DNA of 64,000 bases from a bacterium (GTDB lineage: Bacteria; Zhuqueibacterota; Zhuqueibacteria; Residuimicrobiales; Krinioviventaceae): contig OY843751.1 of assembly GCA_963693055.1 (NCBI GenBank), forward strand, positions 2,816,001 to 2,880,000, given 5' to 3'. Under the pieces are notes generated by a model. The model did no database searches. It was given only the letters and a program-made list of their open reading frames with translations, and was not told where the DNA came from. How positions within the stretch are numbered: the stretch's first letter is position 1; each line of letters starts with the position of its first letter. Position numbers and translations under genes: made by a program. Shown here one piece after another: positions 58,133 through 64,000 of this stretch.

Positions 58133-58184
58133 GTATCACCTTAATTATTACGTTTATACACTATTGCATACACTCTTGGATATT

Positions 58185-58719
58185 AAAAAACCGGCCCGTT
58201 TCACCTTGTCCCCGGCCAAAGGTACAAGGCATTAATAGGCCGGTTTATATTTTAAAGGGCTTGACTGTCTAAAAATTACACAATAACCAAAGGAGTTATT
58301 TTATTTTACCAAGCCCTTTTATTTACACTATGCGGGGCCATTAATGAACAAAGTACAGATGTTCGACCCCGCCTATTTTATGGGGTTTGAAGCAGGCCCA
58401 GGGTGCGACCCTGATAATCCGGGGCAATGTAACCCGGAAAGGGCTTCAAACCGCCTGCCTAGTTCGCCGGTCTATTCCCGGCTGTCAACTCTGTTGTGGA
58501 ATCTGTCGTCACGTTAGCCCTAAAAGATTTAATAGGGTCGAAACCAAAGCGGTATCCTTGTTGTACTTTTTGCAGTTTTTCCAACTACTTTCCCGCTAAT
58601 CAACCGGCATCCCCGTTGGTCAGGTCTGCAAACCCTTGCAACAGTTAAGGTATCGGCTCCACAACTTACAGACTGCATCAATACCGGGAATCGAACCCGG
58701 TCAAGTACCATAATTGACG
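58185..58719 (-). ncRNA. Putative large structured ncRNA or RNA leader with a 5' mini-tRNA-like element
   Basis: GC-richer gap with no credible ORF; six consecutive folded domains closed by 7-10 bp stems (see findings). Confidence 0.6.
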
Positions 58720-58727
58720 TTACAACT

Positions 58728-59000
58728 TTACATCAAAAAAGCATTTTTTTGAATTTCTCCCGCCCACTGCTTAAACGTTTTTTCTCTCAAGCTAATTGTT
58801 ACGATCATATTCATTACATCCCGCTTACTTTGCCCGACTAAAAACACTTTGCCGGGGAATCCACGTTGTACCATAACAAAAGCATTTTTCCTACTTTCAT
58901 AAAACGCTAACCTTATAACGGTTTGAAAATCAGTTGCATAATCAGTTTTTTTCATTCTCCTAATATAAGGCTTATATATTTTACGCTTTTTCATTAGCAC
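58728..59000 (-). CDS. Basic phage hypothetical protein
   Basis: 90 aa ORF in the operon. Confidence 0.5.
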   Translation of the reverse strand: MLMKKRKIYKPYIRRMKKTDYATDFQTVIRLAFYESRKNAFVMVQRGFPGKVFLVGQSKRDVMNMIVTISLREKTFKQWAGEIQKNAFLM

Positions 59001-59003
59001 CCT

Positions 59004-59204
59004 TTACAATGTGAATCTTTGGTGATCCTCTGTTATTTCCTCATGGTTTACATTGAACTCAACAGCGTATAATAAAGCCCGGTCTGATAACGGTTTATCA
59101 CTCACATCACAATCCCGTATCACTGCACTTGTACCGTCCCTATAGGTAACTTGAACGGTTTTCCGTATTACCATCCGGGCTATTTCTTTGCTCGATTCTG
59201 GCAA
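59004..59204 (-). CDS. Phage hypothetical protein
   Basis: Tightly packed ORF. Confidence 0.5.
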   Translation of the reverse strand: MPESSKEIARMVIRKTVQVTYRDGTSAVIRDCDVSDKPLSDRALLYAVEFNVNHEEITEDHQRFTL

Positions 59205-59408
59205 TTACTCTACAACCTCGGTTAACAGTTTTTCATTAAACCAATCACTATCCTCTTGACCTGCAACATAATATACATTCTCCCCGTCACTATACATCAA
59301 CGAATCAATCTCACCAGTAAAACCATTTTCCGCCTTAACAGTAGTGCCTTGCTCGTATTTAAAGTGAACCGTAATTCCTTGCGACATTTTTTCACCTCTT
59401 GCTTTCAT
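59205..59408 (-). CDS. Small SH3/YodC-like phage protein
   Basis: FKYEQGTTV...G.I...Y.V....WFNE..L; GAGGTG RBS before MSQG. Confidence 0.5.
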   Translation of the reverse strand: MKARGEKMSQGITVHFKYEQGTTVKAENGFTGEIDSLMYSDGENVYYVAGQEDSDWFNEKLLTEVVE

Positions 59409-59523
59409 TTTATATTTACCCGATTAATCCGGGATTCACTCAAGTTCAATCTCAAAATTAAGGGCGGGGAAATGAGGGTGTAACCCCGCCCCTGTTTGAG
59501 GGTATTGCATGGTATAGAAACAT

Positions 59524-59718
59524 TTATTTATAACGTCTGTAATAAATATCTTTAACTGTACTTGGTGCAAGTTCCTCTTGCCTTGCTACCTCCTCATAAG
59601 CTATAGGCATATAAGGGTATATTGATTGTTTTTGTAAACGCTTTGCCACATCCAAAACCGCCGCACGTATCCGGTCGTACTTAATTCGTGTTGATCTTTT
59701 TTTTGGGGCTTTAATCAA
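59524..59718 (-). CDS. Small HTH protein
   Basis: YEEVARQEELAPSTVKDIYY helix-turn-helix. Confidence 0.55.
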   Translation of the reverse strand: MIKAPKKRSTRIKYDRIRAAVLDVAKRLQKQSIYPYMPIAYEEVARQEELAPSTVKDIYYRRYK

Positions 59719-59736
59719 TTACCAAAACCTTTCACC

Positions 59737-59824
59737 TATAAATAAAAAAACACCGGCAACACTATAATTACTTATAGTGTCCCGGTGTGTTTATAAATAT
59801 AATAAATGCACCTTTTAAAGTCAA
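59737..59824 (-). promoter_or_regulatory. Late-type promoter with promoter-proximal terminator leader (copy 1)
   Basis: TTGACT, 17 bp, TATATT, then ACACCGGGACACTATAAGTAATTATAGTGTTGCCGGTGTTTTTTT. Confidence 0.7.
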
Positions 59825-60105
59825 GTTTTATTTATGTTTATTTAGAATAAGTATAAATAAAAAAGCCCCGGTATTTCCGGGGCTAGATTCGCAAGGTTTG
59901 GGTAATAGTATTAAACTTATAGCCTTTGATATGAATTATTATAAGTTTTACCTTGCTACATTTTGTGTTTTTGTGTTTTCAGCTAATTTGGGTTTAATCA
60001 TTACACATGAAAAACCTGTTTAGGTGTAGTTTACTGGATCGGGTCTCCTGTTTTAAGTTAAATGGTTTATGACCATGTTTTATATTTGCCGGGATTCCCC
60101 GGATT

Positions 60106-60396
60106 TTACGCCGCAATTTTTGGGTCTATAACTGGCAGGGTAACACCCGCCTCTTGCAAGGTGTCTGCAAAAAACGATTCCAGACCCGTAATAACATCAC
60201 CCGTAATTTCGGGTAAATTTTCATCTGCTACAGCATCAGCACCAAAGGTTTTACAGGCTACATAACCCTGATAGCAACCTCTCAACTGATCTTTTGACAA
60301 ATTTTCACCTTTTACTAAAAGGTCTGCTACATGCTTGGCACCGGTTACCATTGCCGGGCCAATTGTGCTAAAGGCTTCTTTAATGCTTAAATCCAA
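60106..60396 (-). CDS. Phage hypothetical protein downstream of the lysin-like gene
   Basis: 96 aa; GAGGCGG RBS. Confidence 0.5.
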   Translation of the reverse strand: MDLSIKEAFSTIGPAMVTGAKHVADLLVKGENLSKDQLRGCYQGYVACKTFGADAVADENLPEITGDVITGLESFFADTLQEAGVTLPVIDPKIAA

Positions 60397-60420
60397 TTTA
60401 CCGCCTCTTTCAATGAATAA

Positions 60421-61245
60421 TTAAAATGTTTTGGAAATCAACCAAGTGTAACCCCGGTTAATCCAGTTGATTAACTTTTGTAATATAGTATACAAAACAC
60501 CTGCCTTGCCATTTGTTGCGGGCTGGCTTTTATAGGCTTTATGTGCAACACCCCCTACTGTTAGGGGATAGGAAACAACTTCCAACGCTGTAGCGACCTC
60601 AACCTGACCCGCCGCTTTTAATACTTGCGAACCCAACAAACCAATAGTACCCAAAGCGGTTTTTTTACCGTCAAGCCAAGCCCAAGCCTTTATATAAAAG
60701 GGTATTTTTGGCCCTTTGTGGTCTGGTTCTGGGTACGGGTCTTTGAATAGAGTTGTGTATTTTTTGGCTATGTCTCTCCATTCATCCGTGTTGGTGTCTA
60801 CAACCTGTAAGGCTTTTGTTGTGTATGTTTTCCCTGTTTCATCCAGTACAGAAACAACAAAGGTTTCTTTTTTTACAATTGTTTTAATGAGATCAAAAGC
60901 CTTTTCAGATTCATAAAGCCGGGTTTGTGTATCTGAAAAATTAAACCCAACAAGTACACAGCCCGTTGTATCATTCACAAAATTACCTTTATGAATCTGT
61001 ATATTATCCCTGTCAATAACATTAAACAATACAAAGGATCCATTGCCGTTTTGAGTATTAGGATTAAACTTGCACTTGTACCCGGTCACATTTGCAGGTA
61101 TACAAGAAATATCCCTTTTGTTCATTTTCCACGGACGTTCTAACGTATGGCAAATAAAATCATTGCCATAATAAAGGCTTCCAAAAACCAAATTGGCAGA
61201 AACCTTTTTCCTAATTAATGTTAAAGTAATTTGATTATAACCCAT
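60421..61245 (-). CDS. DUF5675-like endolysin candidate fused to a holin-like C-terminal segment
   Basis: CHTLERPW...SCIP...IQIHKGN...DTTGCVLVG...S..AF; C-terminal WLDGKKTALG plus hydrophobic helices. Confidence 0.7.
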   Translation of the reverse strand: MGYNQITLTLIRKKVSANLVFGSLYYGNDFICHTLERPWKMNKRDISCIPANVTGYKCKFNPNTQNGNGSFVLFNVIDRDNIQIHKGNFVNDTTGCVLVGFNFSDTQTRLYESEKAFDLIKTIVKKETFVVSVLDETGKTYTTKALQVVDTNTDEWRDIAKKYTTLFKDPYPEPDHKGPKIPFYIKAWAWLDGKKTALGTIGLLGSQVLKAAGQVEVATALEVVSYPLTVGGVAHKAYKSQPATNGKAGVLYTILQKLINWINRGYTWLISKTF

Positions 61246-61265
61246 TGTTTACCCTTTTATTTATC

Positions 61266-61357
61266 CTATAAACGCAAAAAACCGGATGCACTACAACAAT
61301 CGTTGTAATGTCCCGGTTTGTGTTATAAAAGATACGGAATAAACCCGGAAAAGTCAA
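61266..61357 (-). promoter_or_regulatory. Late-type promoter with promoter-proximal terminator leader (copy 2)
   Basis: TTGACT, 17 bp, TATCTT, then AAACCGGGACATTACAACGATTGTTGTAGTGCATCCGGTTTTTT. Confidence 0.7.
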
Positions 61358-61386
61358 CCTTTATTTATGTTTATTTTAAATAAAGG

Positions 61387-61629
61387 TCAATCAATTATAG
61401 TGAAACAATCCTTGCATGCATACCAGAATATAAACCCCTTTGGGCTTAAATCAATCCTTTGATAAAATGAAAAAGCAGATTCCCCAGGTTCAATATTACA
61501 CTTGCACCCGGCGCACGTCCGGGGCTTTGTGGCTTTAACAATAACGCCCCTATATTCCAAATCTTGCAATTGATCTATAGGGGTATCATTATGTTTTAAT
61601 CTGTGATTGTTTGTAAATAAATAGCGCAA
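61387..61629 (-). CDS. Phage Zn-finger protein
   Basis: KPRTCAGCKCNIEPGE...CKDC. Confidence 0.6.
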   Translation of the reverse strand: MRYLFTNNHRLKHNDTPIDQLQDLEYRGVIVKATKPRTCAGCKCNIEPGESAFSFYQRIDLSPKGFIFWYACKDCFTIID

Positions 61630-61974
61630 TTATTCCCCGCCTGTTGTGGCCCGGCTTATCCTTATAGCCTCAATATTTCTATGGTTATCAACAGCATGCA
61701 ACCAATCAAGCATTTCTTTAATTGTGGTTTGCTCATTACAGATTTTTGTTGCCGGTCTTACCTCCCACGAATCCGGGCCGGTCTGCATAGTTACATTTAC
61801 TACAAGTACAAATTTTTCAGCACAAAACAAATCCCGTTTTATGAATTCATTCCAAGCATGTGACCGCTTGGGTTCATCCACCGGTTCAAGTCCGGTATCA
61901 TCTTTACCGGGTGCAAGGAATCCCGTTTCCCTGTAAAACCTATCTGCAAATTTTTCAAATTCATTATTATTCAT
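61630..61974 (-). CDS. Phage hypothetical protein
   Basis: FYRETGFLAPGKD motif; GAGGGTT RBS. Confidence 0.6.
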   Translation of the reverse strand: MNNNEFEKFADRFYRETGFLAPGKDDTGLEPVDEPKRSHAWNEFIKRDLFCAEKFVLVVNVTMQTGPDSWEVRPATKICNEQTTIKEMLDWLHAVDNHRNIEAIRISRATTGGE

Positions 61975-62021
61975 ATTTTAACCCTCACGTTAAAGCCCCG
62001 GATAAACCGGGGCTTATTATT

Positions 62022-62408
62022 TTATTTTATTTGATCTTTAAAAGTCAAAGTGATTTCGGTTTGTGTTCGCTGTGAATTCATGTAAAACGGGAAATGATTA
62101 AAACGTATTATATAATATGGGTCGTCATTAAAATATGTCGCTATGGTTTCAACGTTATTAACATCAAAAAAATTATCTTTACCTACAAAAAACCTATGCG
62201 CTGTATAATCAATTAACTCAAATTTAAAATTCTTTTTACATTCAGGGAAAACTATATTAAAATTCCCATCAATTTCCTTACCTTGCTCCGCTGGGTGGGT
62301 TTTAACCGATACAAAAAGGCTTTTAAATTTTGGTTTGTTTTCATTTACAAATTTTTCTACAAATTCATGTATTTCAATAATTTTTTTAGCTTTTTCAATA
62401 GCATTCAT
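62022..62408 (-). CDS. Phage hypothetical protein
   Basis: GAGGGTT RBS; followed by a hairpin at 61992-62015. Confidence 0.55.
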   Translation of the reverse strand: MNAIEKAKKIIEIHEFVEKFVNENKPKFKSLFVSVKTHPAEQGKEIDGNFNIVFPECKKNFKFELIDYTAHRFFVGKDNFFDVNNVETIATYFNDDPYYIIRFNHFPFYMNSQRTQTEITLTFKDQIK

Positions 62409-62456
62409 TTTTCAACCCTCATTTCAAAAAGTTACCTAGGACAAGCCGGGGGTATA

Positions 62457-62651
62457 TTACGAATCTTTATAAATAGATTTTCTATAATTTATATTACCCT
62501 CAAATAATATTCTTAACGTGCTAAACTCTGTCATTTCATTAACTAATTGTTCTGGCAATGCCTCAATTAAATCTTTGAGACCATTTAAACCTTTTTCCAA
62601 TTGTTCGGTTGTTAATCCTTTTAAATGTCTATCTGTTTGCCCTAAAGTCAT
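62457..62651 (-). CDS. Small phage helical protein
   Basis: Start re-placed at MTLGQ after a GAGGGTT RBS. Confidence 0.5.
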   Translation of the reverse strand: MTLGQTDRHLKGLTTEQLEKGLNGLKDLIEALPEQLVNEMTEFSTLRILFEGNINYRKSIYKDS

Positions 62652-62728
62652 TTTTAAACCCTCATTTTTATATAAATACATGGCCCCGGCCCTGCGCCGG
62701 GGAGAGTATTTACAATAGTTTTTAATTG

Positions 62729-62971
62729 TCATTTTTTTTTGAAAAGAACAGAGCAACCATCTTGCCTTTTATAAACTGTACCGTCATCGCCGGTAGCTTC
62801 ATAACCCATACATCTATTTTGTCTACACCAATTATCTTTGTTTTCTTGACACAGGCTTCTTGCGTCGCAATCTCTACAAATGTTATAACCCTTATAAATT
62901 TTAGGCACGGCAATAAAATCCTTTGGGGCTTCTGTTTTATCAATTTTTCCATTTTTTTTCTGACCTATCAT
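62729..62971 (-). CDS. Small Cys-rich phage protein
   Basis: CRDC...C...C...C...RQDGCSVLF; GAGGGTT RBS; own promoter cassette. Confidence 0.6.
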   Translation of the reverse strand: MIGQKKNGKIDKTEAPKDFIAVPKIYKGYNICRDCDARSLCQENKDNWCRQNRCMGYEATGDDGTVYKRQDGCSVLFKKK

Positions 62972-63000
62972 ATTTTCAACCCTCTTGTTTATTTGTTAAT

Positions 63001-63048
63001 CCCTTAATTATTACGGTATAGTATACAACATTCAGAAATCAATGTCAA
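63001..63048 (-). promoter_or_regulatory. Fifth copy of the phage promoter+palindrome element
   Basis: TTGACA (63043-63048), 17 bp, TATACT (63020-63025), then CCGTAATAATTAAGGG. Confidence 0.75.
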
Positions 63049-63168
63049 GCTTTATTTTACTTTTTTTCAAAAAAACATAAATAAAATGCCCCGCACACCG
63101 GGAATGGGCGGGGCCGAAATTGTGAATTAATTGTAAGTTTTACCCTCTCTTTTTAATTAACATACCAT

Positions 63169-63471
63169 TTAGTTTTTAGCTTTAAAATATTTGTAACGTC
63201 CGGTAACATAACCCAAAGGGGCCGGCACCAACAAGCCGCCCAAATTACCAAACATAAAAAACCCTGTATGTGTACCTTTGGCAACTTCAAGGCCGATAAC
63301 ATAACCACCCAATAGCATCAAAACCATTCCACCCCCCAAAGTAAACCACTGTTGCAAGTGATACATCCAAGTAGACCGTGAAACATTATCAACCTGCATT
63401 TTTTCATATTTTGCAAATTCAATTCCTGCAAGAAATAAAGCAACAACTAGAAACAAATAAATATTAAACAT
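63169..63471 (-). CDS. Three-TM phage membrane protein
   Basis: Three hydrophobic segments; AAGGAG RBS. Confidence 0.6.
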   Translation of the reverse strand: MFNIYLFLVVALFLAGIEFAKYEKMQVDNVSRSTWMYHLQQWFTLGGGMVLMLLGGYVIGLEVAKGTHTGFFMFGNLGGLLVPAPLGYVTGRYKYFKAKN

Positions 63472-63501
63472 TTTTTTAACTCCTTTAATAGTTTTATTAA
63501 A

Positions 63502-63999
63502 TCAAAAAGCATTTAATACAAAATGTAATTGTATCAATTTTACATCATTATCAATTTCAGGCAAAATCTTATCTTGCTCGAAATCAAAAACAACAACAAC
63601 AGATTCAACATCATACAAAGCAATAAACGTTTTCTCTAACTCGTTTCTTTTTTTATTCCATTCATCCAAAGGCAGGGCCAAGCCCACCCCTGACAAAGTT
63701 AAAGAAATTGGGTATATACCTTTTTCCATATTTCCGGGGGAGAATACAAAGATTTCAGCAACCATTATTTCATTGGATTCTTGCAATGGTGCAGATTCAA
63801 GAATTAAATTACTATATACTTGTTCCCCGAAAATCTTTGAAAATGTTTTATCAAAATCAACCTTAATTGTTTCCCAGTCACTTAATGATAAACACAAAGG
63901 TAAATCGTTTGATGTTAAAGTCATTTCAAAACATTCAATGTGATAATTATTGCAATTCGGGCATTTCTTATATACCTTGATCTTATCTGTTGTGTACAT
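63502..63999 (-). CDS. Phage hypothetical protein (possibly 5'-truncated) with Zn ribbon and internal repeat
   Basis: CPNC; two LxLxxWxxxxxxxxKTF units. Confidence 0.5.
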   Translation of the reverse strand: MYTTDKIKVYKKCPNCNNYHIECFEMTLTSNDLPLCLSLSDWETIKVDFDKTFSKIFGEQVYSNLILESAPLQESNEIMVAEIFVFSPGNMEKGIYPISLTLSGVGLALPLDEWNKKRNELEKTFIALYDVESVVVVFDFEQDKILPEIDNDVKLIQLHFVLNAF

Positions 64000-64000
64000 C

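Larger units (their letters stand above)
26292..64000 (-). mobile_element. Siphovirus-like prophage integrated at tRNA-Pro; continues beyond the window
   Basis: Terminase, portal, MuF, protease/scaffold, capsid, neck, tail tube, chaperone, tape measure, tail-tip and lysis genes in canonical order; starts at the tRNA fragment. Confidence 0.93.

Noticed and set aside
58387-58711. ORFs 58387-58599 (+) and 58529-58711 (-)
   Set aside because: No convincing RBS, atypical Cys/Arg-rich composition, and both overlap dense stem structures; more likely chance frames in a structured RNA region.
58490-58719. tmRNA, RNase P RNA, group I/II intron or IscB omega-RNA identity for the structured region
   Set aside because: It has a T-arm and a GGTTTCGAC, but no alanyl acceptor (G3-U70, CCA) or tag frame, no GAGGAAAGUCC, no P7 or domain-V motifs, and no adjacent IscB/TnpB gene.
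62722-62952. Alternative minus-strand ORF overlapping 62729-62971
   Set aside because: The other frame has the cassette RBS and promoter spacing and a coherent Cys pattern.
26292-64000. Stop-codon reassignment in the prophage
   Set aside because: Genes are full-length and tightly packed under the standard code; the gaps are explained by a frameshift and non-coding elements.
26292-64000. Restriction-site avoidance signature (CCGG looks frequent in the phage part)
   Set aside because: Only a visual impression; GATC and CCWGG do occur, and k-mer statistics could not be computed.

Overview
The window has two parts. 1-~26.2 kb is chromosomal DNA of an AT-rich, probably FCB-supergroup diderm bacterium (KSB1/Calditrichota/Marinisomatota-like, inferred from gene style only). 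It carries carbohydrate-related enzymes, an AmgK/RapZ-CTD/MurU-like cell-wall recycling cluster, add, sucCD, a MATE-MarR pair and two pseudogenes. It also has a GWxTD / TonB-dependent receptor / T9SS-CTD-like protein / PorV-like module behind two LacI-type operators. At 26247-26291 the 3' half of a tRNA-Pro(GGG) marks an attachment junction. From there to the window end lies a siphovirus-like prophage, mostly on the minus strand: small-gene cassettes, tail, head, packaging, lysis and early/accessory genes. No integrase is visible, so it presumably lies beyond 64 kb. The most notable unexplained signals are: (i) a ~540-nt multi-domain structured non-coding region upstream of terS that begins with a miniature tRNA-like element; (ii) two fibre-like virion-module proteins with Sec-type signal peptides; (iii) five repeated promoter+palindrome cassettes; (iv) two covarying promoter-proximal terminator leaders; (v) a GT9 glycosyltransferase in the head module; (vi) a -1 frameshifted tail chaperone. 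All product calls come from motif recognition and synteny by eye. No database searches or folding programs were run.
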